64,000 nt of DNA from NCBI GenBank assembly GCA_022648295.1, contig JALCME010000018.1, positions 36,626 through 100,625 of the forward strand. The letters are read 5' to 3'. Position numbers and translations under genes: made by a program. Shown here one piece after another: positions 55,954 to 64,000 of the stretch. Below the pieces are notes generated by a model. That model was not told the origin of the DNA and made no database searches. It saw only the letters and a program-made list of their open reading frames with translations. The stretch comes from Bacteroides sp. (GTDB taxonomy: Bacteria; Bacteroidota; Bacteroidia; Bacteroidales; Bacteroidaceae). Numbering within the stretch: the stretch's first letter is position 1; each line of letters begins with the position of its first letter.

Positions 55954-57366
55954 ATGGCAACAATGAAAAAGTCATTTTTTCTATATATATCAAAGGCATT
56001 AAGTCTATTTTTGGCTATCACATTTTGCACAAGCCTATTTACGGCCTGTAATGATGATGACGATAAAGGAAATGCCCAAATGAACATTACCGGCATTTAT
56101 TTAGAAGATGCGACCTCTAATGTGCCCGACAGAAAAGTAGATTTTGCCCGTTTAGGACAACTCATACGTATTGAAGGATCGGGATTTACCGGACTCAAGA
56201 AAATATACATCAATGGCTACAATTGCTATTTCAATCCGGTATTTGTAACAGAGACCTCATTATTAGTTACCGTTAATAAAGATATGCCAACAACTGAAGC
56301 AGACGAAAGCGTACGTAATAAAATTCTCTTGGTTAAAGATAATACACAATTGGAATATGAATTCACCATCCGCGCAAGTGCTCCAAGCATAACAAGTATT
56401 TCGAATACTTTACCTAAACCAGGAGAAACAATTATCGTATACGGAGAAGGACTTCAAGAAGTCTCCAAAGTTATTTTTCCGGGAGAAGTAACAGTAGAAG
56501 GCTCCGAAAATATTTTCTCGGATGCAGACGGAAAGTATTTCACGGTTGTCGTACCTGATGGAGTTACGGAAAGTGGTTATTTAACTATAGAATGTGCTAA
56601 TGGAGGCGCCTATTCCCCTGCCTTCTTCAATTATAGCAAAGGGATCATTCTTGATTTTGACACAGAAGGACAGCAAGGTTCATGGGGTTCCAACACCAGC
56701 ATGATTTTCCCGGAAGACTTAGTCGATGATCCTTTGAACACAGGACGTGGTAAATGTGTAATGCTCCCTGCAGCAAAACAAGTACCTGTTGCCGCAGGGA
56801 AAAACCGGACAGCGGAAGTATGGACAGCTGGTAACGACGTAGATGACTGGACTCCGGCAACAAGAGGAATTGAAGCTACAACCAATGTATCTGCATGTGG
56901 CATCCAATTCGATATATACGTCCCGGAATCCAACCCATGGGTAGGAAGCGGTTTTATAAAAATCTGTCTGCTAAATGGGCTGAATGGTGGTGAATGGGCA
57001 ACTAGTGATAATAAAGACTGCTACAATTATGTACCATGGGTTGTAAACGGAAAAGCTGTTCCATTCTACACAGCCAGATGGCAAACCGTAACAATCCCCT
57101 TCAGTAAGTTTTATATTTGCTCTCAAAACTCAGATGCTGCAAACTTAACTTACCAATTTATATTAGATCGCAGAAGCAGCGCTTCTTATTGTAATTTCGG
57201 ACTCTATTATGAAAATTCCGATTTCACTTTAGATAAAATAACAGGTAACAGTGCCGATGAAACAACTGAATTTCTTTCCTCGGCTTCAAGTGCTCAAATC
57301 TACATTGATAATGTAAGGATAGTACCACTAAGTACTCCTGCATATACTGACTATCCGGAAAATTAA
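55954..57366 (+). CDS. Surface glycan-binding lipoprotein (SGBP) with IPT/TIG-like N-domains
   Basis: Lipobox LFTAC. IPT-like segments ([22 protein letters not shown]; [21 protein letters not shown]). It occupies the position after SusD that is typical of SGBP-B genes. An alternative ATG lies at 55963. Confidence 0.7.
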   Translation: MATMKKSFFLYISKALSLFLAITFCTSLFTACNDDDDKGNAQMNITGIYLEDATSNVPDRKVDFARLGQLIRIEGSGFTGLKKIYINGYNCYFNPVFVTETSLLVTVNKDMPTTEADESVRNKILLVKDNTQLEYEFTIRASAPSITSISNTLPKPGETIIVYGEGLQEVSKVIFPGEVTVEGSENIFSDADGKYFTVVVPDGVTESGYLTIECANGGAYSPAFFNYSKGIILDFDTEGQQGSWGSNTSMIFPEDLVDDPLNTGRGKCVMLPAAKQVPVAAGKNRTAEVWTAGNDVDDWTPATRGIEATTNVSACGIQFDIYVPESNPWVGSGFIKICLLNGLNGGEWATSDNKDCYNYVPWVVNGKAVPFYTARWQTVTIPFSKFYICSQNSDAANLTYQFILDRRSSASYCNFGLYYENSDFTLDKITGNSADETTEFLSSASSAQIYIDNVRIVPLSTPAYTDYPEN

Positions 57367-57398
57367 GTACTATAACAAGAATAAAAGAATAAGTTATT

Positions 57399-59618
57399 AT
57401 GAAACTAAAAAATATATTATCAATCATTGCTCTAGGAAGTTTAATTCTTCAGGCATGTGATGACAATAAAATGAAGTGGTTCAACCCACACGAAGGAAAT
57501 GGCATTACCAGCTCTGAATTACCCTTGGAACTAGCAGAAAAAATTTCACGCTATGACGCCATTAAAAGCTATATCCCCCGCACAGACTTTCAGATAGGAG
57601 TGGGCATGGGAATGGATCTTTATATGGATGATGAAGCTTATCGTAACATTGTAAATGCCAACTTCAATTCCATTACATTAGGTAATGCTATGAAGCAAAG
57701 TTCCATATTAAACAACAAAGGTGAAGCCGATTATAGTAAGGTGGATGCTCTTTTGCAAGTCCTTCCACAAGATATAAATGTATATGGCCACAATTTAATA
57801 TGGCATACACAGCAGGCAGCTACATATTTGAATAACTTAATTGCACCAACTATTATTATTCATCCGGATGATACCGACAAAATGAATAATATTATCAGTA
57901 ATAGTGATTTCGAAGCAGCCAATATCACTGGTTGGAGTGCATGGTCGAGTGCTGACTGTAAAGCAGAAATATCAGCAAAAGGAGAGGGATATAACAGTGA
58001 CTACTCCATGAAGCTGACTAATCCGGAAGCCGGAGACAATTATAGTGCACAAGCTTTTTATAAACTACCTGCCAACGCTATAATAGCAGGAAAAACTTAT
58101 GTATGCACTTTCTATGCCAAATCAATGGAAGGAGATGATAATTTCCAGATTCAGCTTCAAAAACGGGCAGATAGTTATCCCGGAAGTAATTACATCAGTC
58201 AAAAACTGCCTGCCGGACAATGGTATTCTTTTGAAGCCGAATTCACAGCAACAGATACTGATGAAACGATGGATCACATTGTTATTGATTTTGGTGCCAC
58301 TGCCGGTATCTATTATATTGATGATTTTAAGTTTGGTACAAAGAAAGAAGATCCTGATGCAGGGCGAAGCAATCTTTTGGCTAATGGAAATTTCAAAGAA
58401 GGTATTGACAATTGGAGCAAATGGAACGGTCCCGATGAATGCAACACATGGAATCAAACCGAAGGAAATAAAGATAAAGGTTGTCTACAAGTCATCAATC
58501 CTGATGATAATGACGGCGGAGAGTGGCAAGTCCAGATACATGCCGAGTTAGCACAAAACATTCCTTCCGGAACAAATGTATACATATCTTATTATGCTAA
58601 AATGACAGAAGGCACAGGATCCATAAGAATGTCAACAACAGGTAAGTCATACTATGAAGGAAATCAAACTGTAACTCCCGAATGGAAACGCATAGAATGG
58701 ACCATTACTACAGAAGGAGAAGAAGAAGTAGAAGGAGTTAATTTTGACTTAGGATTGAGAGCCGGGACTTATTTAATTGACGATGTAATGGTATCTCTTG
58801 ATCCTTTCAATACTACAACAAGGGGAATTTCTACCAGAAGTATAGAATACATTGAGAAAACAGACGAAGAGAAAGAAACCCTAATTAGTGGCGCTATGGA
58901 AAAATGGATAAAAGAAATGGTAGGACACTATAAGGACCGCGTTCATGCATGGGATGTACTAAACGAACCTATTGATGATAATGGTAAACTTCGTGGAGTA
59001 GATGTTGTACCATCAGCGGATGATATGGATACTGATGATTTCTATTATGGTAAGTACATGGGCAAAATATATGGTGCCAAAGCATTTATATGGGCGCATG
59101 AGGCTGATCCAACCGCCAAGCTATTTATCAATGACTACAATTTGGAATATAATCCGGATAAGTGCGATAAATTAATTGACTATGTAAAATACATTGAAGA
59201 AAACGGCGGCCAGGTTGATGGTATCGGAACCCAAATGCACATTGCAATTGACTCAGACAAAGAAAAAATTGCAGCAATGTTCGATAAATTAGCAACCACA
59301 GGAAAACTAATTAAAATTACCGAACTGGATATTAAAGTAAATACGGCCTCACCAACGACTGAGAATCTTGCATCACAAGCTGAGATGTACCAATATGTTA
59401 TAGATGCGTACAAACAGCATATCCCAGAATCACAACAGTATGGAATAACGATCTGGGGAGTTAGTGATAATGAAAAAGAACATGAACATTGGATTCCGGA
59501 TGATGCCCCTGATCTCTTTGACGCTAACTATGCTCGTAAACATGCCTATAAAGGGGTATGCGACGGATTAGCAGGCAAAGATGTAAGTGAGGACTTTCCA
59601 GGAGACCTACAAAAGTAA
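57399..59618 (+). CDS. GH10 endo-1,4-beta-xylanase lipoprotein with catalytic domain interrupted by two CBM4/9/22-like modules
   Basis: Lipobox LILQAC. The first part of the GH10 barrel is (..FNSITLGNAMKQ..GHNLIWHTQ). Two ~150-aa modules follow, opening NSDFEAANITGW and NLLANGNFKEGIDNW. The GH10 remainder is AWDVLNEP (acid/base) and ITELDI (nucleophile). Confidence 0.88.
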   Translation: MKLKNILSIIALGSLILQACDDNKMKWFNPHEGNGITSSELPLELAEKISRYDAIKSYIPRTDFQIGVGMGMDLYMDDEAYRNIVNANFNSITLGNAMKQSSILNNKGEADYSKVDALLQVLPQDINVYGHNLIWHTQQAATYLNNLIAPTIIIHPDDTDKMNNIISNSDFEAANITGWSAWSSADCKAEISAKGEGYNSDYSMKLTNPEAGDNYSAQAFYKLPANAIIAGKTYVCTFYAKSMEGDDNFQIQLQKRADSYPGSNYISQKLPAGQWYSFEAEFTATDTDETMDHIVIDFGATAGIYYIDDFKFGTKKEDPDAGRSNLLANGNFKEGIDNWSKWNGPDECNTWNQTEGNKDKGCLQVINPDDNDGGEWQVQIHAELAQNIPSGTNVYISYYAKMTEGTGSIRMSTTGKSYYEGNQTVTPEWKRIEWTITTEGEEEVEGVNFDLGLRAGTYLIDDVMVSLDPFNTTTRGISTRSIEYIEKTDEEKETLISGAMEKWIKEMVGHYKDRVHAWDVLNEPIDDNGKLRGVDVVPSADDMDTDDFYYGKYMGKIYGAKAFIWAHEADPTAKLFINDYNLEYNPDKCDKLIDYVKYIEENGGQVDGIGTQMHIAIDSDKEKIAAMFDKLATTGKLIKITELDIKVNTASPTTENLASQAEMYQYVIDAYKQHIPESQQYGITIWGVSDNEKEHEHWIPDDAPDLFDANYARKHAYKGVCDGLAGKDVSEDFPGDLQK

Positions 59619-59628
59619 AGCTTGATCA

Positions 59629-59675
59629 GGAAAGACGGGAAATCATTTGGAAATCCCGTCTTTCCTTCAAATTTA
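59629..59675 (+). terminator. Strong Rho-independent terminator after the surface GH10 gene
   Basis: A perfect 12-bp stem (ggaaagacggga / tcccgtctttcc) and a 13-nt loop, followed by ttcaaattt. Confidence 0.75.
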
Positions 59676-59797
59676 GATTTAGACATAGATATGCCAGAAG
59701 ATACTAACAAATATTTTCAAAGGAGAAATGTTTCGTAAGATAAAAGAATAAGTTCAACATTCTACACATCAGATAATATGAATATAAAGAAGTGATC

Positions 59798-61435
59798 ATG
59801 GGTATAGTTAAATATAAAGTTAGGTTGAGCTTAGCAGTGCTACTTTGCCTTAGTTTTCTATCATTAGAGGCTAAGGTGAAGTTGCCTGCTTTGATTTCAG
59901 ACGGAATGGTCCTGCAACGGGAACAACCTGTTACAATATGGGGTATGGCAAATGCAGGAGAACGCATAAAGGTAAACTTCTTAAAGAAAGACTATAATGC
60001 GACCGCCAATTCAAAAGGAGAATGGGAAATATCACTTCCGCCAATGAAAGCAGGAGGACCGTATGCATTAAAAATCAATGACATTGAACTGAAAGATGTC
60101 CTGATAGGAGATGTATGGCTCTGCTCCGGACAATCGAATATGGAACTACCCGTAAAGCGGGTAACAGATATGTTTAAGGAAGAAATATCCAAATATGAAA
60201 ATCCGCAAATACATCAGTTGAAAGTGCCCAATACTTTCAACTTTCACGGTCCACAGAATGATATCCCCAAGACAGAATGGAAGTCCTTAACTCAGGATAA
60301 TGTAATGGACTTCTCCGCCGTAGCCTATTTCTTTGCCAAGGCACTTTTTGAAAAGACAAAAATCCCCGTGGGAATAATCAATTCCAGCTGGGGAGGTACT
60401 CCGGTAGAGGCATGGACTAGTGAACAAGGATTAAAAAACTTTCCCATGTATTTACACGACAAATGGCAATATGAAGATGATGACTTTCTAAAAGAAATAA
60501 AAAGATTGGAAAGCATGAGTTTCCACCGTTGGAATCTTTCTCTTTACAAAGGAGATGGCGGACTGCACGATATCAAACATTGGTATGCAACAGACTATGA
60601 TGACAGCCAATGGCAGAATACCGAATTATTCTCCGAAAAATGGGCAACCAACGGATTAAATCCGATTAATGGCTCACATTGGTTTCGTAAGCATATAGAA
60701 ATTCCCGGAGCATGGGAAGGCAAACAAGCAACATTACGCCTCGGATGCATTGTAGATGCAGATTCCGTATATGTAAACGGCACATTTATCGGCACCACTT
60801 CCTATCAATACCCACCGCGCATCTACAACATTCCGGCAGGTATCCTAAAAAAAGGAAACAACTTGATAACCGTACGACTAATAAGTAATAGTGGATACCC
60901 TCACTTTGTCAAAGACAAGCCTTATAAATTAATTTGTGAAAAGGAAGAAATTAGTTTGGCGGGTATATGGAAATATCAATTAGGAGCGGCAATGCCCACA
61001 GCTCCCAACATGACTTTTTTCTGCTACAAACCTGTCTGTCTGTATAACGCTATGATTGCCCCCTTACATAACTACAAAATAAAAGGAGTGATATGGTATC
61101 AGGGAGAATCAAATGTTTCGCAGCGGAACGAATATGCAGGATTGCTGACGGCAATGATTTCCGATTGGCGGCAAACGTTCGGAAAATCCAAGTTGCCTTT
61201 TTACATAGTGGAATTAGCTGACTTTCTTGCTCCCGATGATCCGGACAGGCAAGCATGGGCCGAATTTCGTAAAGCTCAGGCACAAGTTGCCCAAACTAAT
61301 CCATACGCCACACTTATACACAATAGCGATTTGGGAGAATGGAATGACATCCACCCACTGGATAAAAAGACCTTAGGCAACAGGATAGCAGACAAAGTAT
61401 GGAAAGATCTTCAGGAGAATAACAAAAAAGAATAA
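59798..61435 (+). CDS. Sialate O-acetylesterase-family (SASA/DUF303) carbohydrate esterase, probable acetyl-xylan esterase
   Basis: The track ORF opens on GTG at 59792 and the first ATG is at 59798. Signal peptide, the catalytic-Ser motif CSGQSNME, and ..GVIWYQGESN... It sits in a xylan PUL. Confidence 0.75.
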   Translation: MGIVKYKVRLSLAVLLCLSFLSLEAKVKLPALISDGMVLQREQPVTIWGMANAGERIKVNFLKKDYNATANSKGEWEISLPPMKAGGPYALKINDIELKDVLIGDVWLCSGQSNMELPVKRVTDMFKEEISKYENPQIHQLKVPNTFNFHGPQNDIPKTEWKSLTQDNVMDFSAVAYFFAKALFEKTKIPVGIINSSWGGTPVEAWTSEQGLKNFPMYLHDKWQYEDDDFLKEIKRLESMSFHRWNLSLYKGDGGLHDIKHWYATDYDDSQWQNTELFSEKWATNGLNPINGSHWFRKHIEIPGAWEGKQATLRLGCIVDADSVYVNGTFIGTTSYQYPPRIYNIPAGILKKGNNLITVRLISNSGYPHFVKDKPYKLICEKEEISLAGIWKYQLGAAMPTAPNMTFFCYKPVCLYNAMIAPLHNYKIKGVIWYQGESNVSQRNEYAGLLTAMISDWRQTFGKSKLPFYIVELADFLAPDDPDRQAWAEFRKAQAQVAQTNPYATLIHNSDLGEWNDIHPLDKKTLGNRIADKVWKDLQENNKKE

Positions 61436-61453
61436 AAACAAAATATTTACACT

Positions 61454-62950
61454 ATGAGCATACTAAGTCAAAAAGTCTCCATGGCCGAAAAAATAGGCTA
61501 TAGTTTAGGAGATTGTTCTGCGAACCTCGTGTTCCAGATGATGATGATTTATCAAACAAAATTTTACACCGATGTTTTTGGCTTAGAAGGAGCTATAGCC
61601 GGAACGGTCATGCTAGTAGCCCGCATTGTCGACGCTTTTGTAGACCCAACGGTAGGTATTTTATCCGATCGTACCCAAACCAAGTGGGGTAAATATCGCC
61701 CATGGGTACTATGGACAGCTTTACCTTTCATGGTGTTCTACGTCCTTGCATTTCACAACCCCGGCATTCAAGACAAGGGACTTGTTGCCGTATATGCCAC
61801 CATCTCGTATACCCTTTTAATGACGTTATATTCATTCAACAACACTCCCTATTCCTCTCTGGGAGGAGTCATGTCAAGCGATATAAAAGAACGAACCAGT
61901 ATCACTTCCGTACGTTTTGTAGCTGCCACCATTGCTCAATTCATTGTTCAGGGGCTTACGCTGCCTTTAGTTAGCAAATTTGCGGGAGAAAGTGAAGATA
62001 AGGGACATGGATGGCTGTGCACCATTTCTCTTTTTGCTGTAATAGGTTTCATTTTTTTAGTCATTGCCTTTCTTTCCAGTCGTGAACGGATTACACCCCC
62101 TACCAACCAAAAGAGGAATACCAAGCAAGACATTAAAGATGTATTTAAAAGTATGCCATGGCGTGCCATGTTTATCCTTACCTTATTTCTATTTACCACT
62201 TTGGCCATGTGGGGAAGTGCCATGAATTACTATTTTGAAAATTACGTAGATTCAGGTGCTTTATATGCATTCTTAGATAAAATAGGATTGGTTGCCACGG
62301 ACAGTGCTCACGGAATAGGCTATAACATTTTAAATGCATTCGGACTTATAGTCAGCAGCCCGGACAAGGCATACGAAGTAGGATTCGGGGTATTCAACAT
62401 GTTGGGAGCCATTGTGCAATTCTTCGGCGTTATCTTCTTATCCGGTTTTTTAGCTAACCGCTATGGCAAAAAAAGTGTGTTCATTGTATGCTTGACATTG
62501 ACAGCTATCTTCACTGCCTTCTTCTACTTTCCAAATGAAACGGATGTAGAAACAATGTTCGTATTGAACTTTCTAAAAAGTCTGGCATACGCTCCGACCG
62601 TACCCTTGTTATGGGCTATGATCGCTGATGTAGCCGATCACTCAGAATATGTACATTACCGCCGGGCAACAGGATTTGTTTTTGCAGGAGTGGTATTTGC
62701 TCTAAAAGCGGGACTCGGCATCGGAGGTGCAATTCTAGGCTTCTTACTTTCCGGTTTCGGCTATATATCAGGAAGTGGTGTCCACCAAAGCGAATCCGCA
62801 ATTTACGGCATTGTTTTGTCTTCTAGCTTAATACCGGCCCTGACTTTCTTTATTGGAGTTATCGCTTTATACTTCTACCCCATTACAAAGAAATATAACG
62901 AGCAAATGCAAGCAGAATTAAGCGAACGAAGAGAAAAAGCAGATTATTAA
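61454..62950 (+). CDS. Glycoside-pentoside-hexuronide (GPH):cation symporter, xyloside/xylo-oligosaccharide transporter-like
   Basis: 498 aa and ~12 TM helices. The GPH N-terminal pattern is KIGYSLGD...N....[15 protein letters not shown]...[20 protein letters not shown]. Confidence 0.85.
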   Translation: MSILSQKVSMAEKIGYSLGDCSANLVFQMMMIYQTKFYTDVFGLEGAIAGTVMLVARIVDAFVDPTVGILSDRTQTKWGKYRPWVLWTALPFMVFYVLAFHNPGIQDKGLVAVYATISYTLLMTLYSFNNTPYSSLGGVMSSDIKERTSITSVRFVAATIAQFIVQGLTLPLVSKFAGESEDKGHGWLCTISLFAVIGFIFLVIAFLSSRERITPPTNQKRNTKQDIKDVFKSMPWRAMFILTLFLFTTLAMWGSAMNYYFENYVDSGALYAFLDKIGLVATDSAHGIGYNILNAFGLIVSSPDKAYEVGFGVFNMLGAIVQFFGVIFLSGFLANRYGKKSVFIVCLTLTAIFTAFFYFPNETDVETMFVLNFLKSLAYAPTVPLLWAMIADVADHSEYVHYRRATGFVFAGVVFALKAGLGIGGAILGFLLSGFGYISGSGVHQSESAIYGIVLSSSLIPALTFFIGVIALYFYPITKKYNEQMQAELSERREKADY

Positions 62951-63045
62951 AGGAAGCCATTAAAGCTTTTTCCTGCATTCTTTTAAAAGCAGTTCCAGAG
63001 AATCTGTATTATTTATATATTTATTATGATATAACCCATTCAGAC

Positions 63046-64000
63046 ATGAAAATCCATCTTTTAACCATCATGATAGTAATAAGCTGTTGCACAACAAGCT
63101 GCAAGACCGGACAAATAAGTATTTCAGATTTATCTTTAAAAGAACGACTCAGCAATAAGTTTCTGATAGGAGTTGCACTTAATGCAGCCCATACTTCGGG
63201 CAGGGATACCTCTGCCGTTAAACTTATTAACAGGCATTTTAATTCTATCGTAGCCGAAAACTGCATGAAAAGCGAAGTCATCCACCCGGAAGAAAACAGG
63301 TACGACTTTACTCATGCAGATCAATTCGTCAAATTTGGAGAAGACAACGGCATGGCTATTATCGGTCATTGCCTAATATGGCATTCTCAACTCGCTCCCT
63401 GGTTTTGTGTTGATTCCAAGGGACAGAACGTAAGCCCGGAGATATTGAAACAACGCATGAAAAATCATATCCATACCATTGTAACTCGGTATAAAGGACG
63501 CATAAAAGGATGGGATGTGGTTAATGAAGCTATTTTGGAAGACGGCTCATACCGCAAAACCAAATTCTACGAAATCTTAGGTGAAGAATATATACCATTA
63601 GCTTTCGAATATGCCCATGAAGCCGACCCCAAAGCTGAACTATATTATAATGACTACGGAATGCAAGTACCTGGACGGCGTAATAGTGTCGTTAAACTAA
63701 TCAACTCATTAAAAAAGAGGGGGATTCGGGTTGATGCAATAGGTATGCAAGCGCACATCGGACTCGACTATCCTGATATCAAAGACTTTGAAAAAAGTAT
63801 TCAGGCTTTTGCTACCACCGGTGCAAAAGTCATGATAACGGAATGGGATATGAGTGCATTACCAACAACTAACAAGGGAGCTAATATATCCGACACTGTT
63901 GCCTATCAAAAGCTATTAAACCCCTATCCCGAAACTCTTCCGGACAGTATATCGCGGAAATGGAACAAGCGGATGGGTGACTTCTTTCACTTATTCGTTA
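63046..64000 (+). CDS. GH10 endo-1,4-beta-xylanase lipoprotein (5' part; continues beyond window end)
   Basis: Absent from the ORF track because no stop falls inside the window. My translation from ATG 63046 gives [19 protein letters not shown]...[36 protein letters not shown], which carries the GH10 acid/base and nucleophile motifs. Confidence 0.85.
   Translation, partial: MKIHLLTIMIVISCCTTSCKTGQISISDLSLKERLSNKFLIGVALNAAHTSGRDTSAVKLINRHFNSIVAENCMKSEVIHPEENRYDFTHADQFVKFGEDNGMAIIGHCLIWHSQLAPWFCVDSKGQNVSPEILKQRMKNHIHTIVTRYKGRIKGWDVVNEAILEDGSYRKTKFYEILGEEYIPLAFEYAHEADPKAELYYNDYGMQVPGRRNSVVKLINSLKKRGIRVDAIGMQAHIGLDYPDIKDFEKSIQAFATTGAKVMITEWDMSALPTTNKGANISDTVAYQKLLNPYPETLPDSISRKWNKRMGDFFHLFV

Noticed and set aside
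1-64000. rRNA, tRNA, tmRNA, RNase P and known riboswitches
   Set aside because: I scanned all intergenic spacers longer than 100 bp by eye. I found no cloverleaf-compatible segment or any conserved RNA motif that I recognise. The absence should be confirmed with tRNAscan-SE and Infernal.

Overview
This is a Bacteroides-type (Bacteroidales) chromosomal window. The evidence is SusC/SusD pairs, a hybrid two-component regulator, lipoprotein-rich ORFs and TAnnTTTG -7 promoter boxes in place of Shine-Dalgarno sites. Layout, left to right:
(1) 1-4.2 kb: the tail of a SusC/SusD polysaccharide utilisation locus (PUL).
(2) 4.4-19.8 kb: a mostly housekeeping block. It holds a Crp/Fnr regulator, a GH20 hexosaminidase, a YhaM/CyuA-like cysteine desulfidase, trxB-lolA-ftsK, an HU-HIG DNA-binding protein, an NMO-family oxidoreductase and a DEAD-box helicase.
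(3) About 19.8-32.0 kb: a visibly AT-richer accessory island with no integrase, transposase or tRNA. It holds three decayed genes (an internally deleted TonB-dependent receptor, a PepSY-TM C-terminal stub and a RhuM pseudogene). It also holds three COG1373-type AAA ATPase / PD-(D/E)xK-like paralogues, a beta-propeller lipoprotein, and a lipoprotein cluster with a membrane-anchored TPR-LuxR regulator. Each ATPase gene is preceded by its own phased repeat array.
(4) 32-46.7 kb: putA, tightly followed by an orphan VirE-type primase-helicase-like gene. Then come DUF5063-exonuclease-rlmI, nupG, a bifunctional nuclease, rsmE and a DUF4836-like lipoprotein with a two-gene ABC exporter.
(5) 46.7-64 kb: a xylan-type PUL with HTCS, SusC, SusD, a surface glycan-binding protein, a GH10 interrupted by CBMs, an esterase, a GPH transporter and a second GH10 cut by the window end.
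I recognised no rRNA, tRNA, CRISPR array, IS element or prophage.
The most unusual signals are non-coding:
- the gene-specific 32/33-bp phased repeats and palindromes in front of the three ATPase genes;
- a duplicated pair of flank elements (77 bp and 107 bp) bracketing unrelated cargo;
- four 22-bp phased repeats in the HU-HIG leader;
- a perfect 23-bp palindrome between direct repeats downstream of the LuxR-type regulator;
- a 15-mer present three times.
All functional names come from motif and family recognition by eye. No database search was run.
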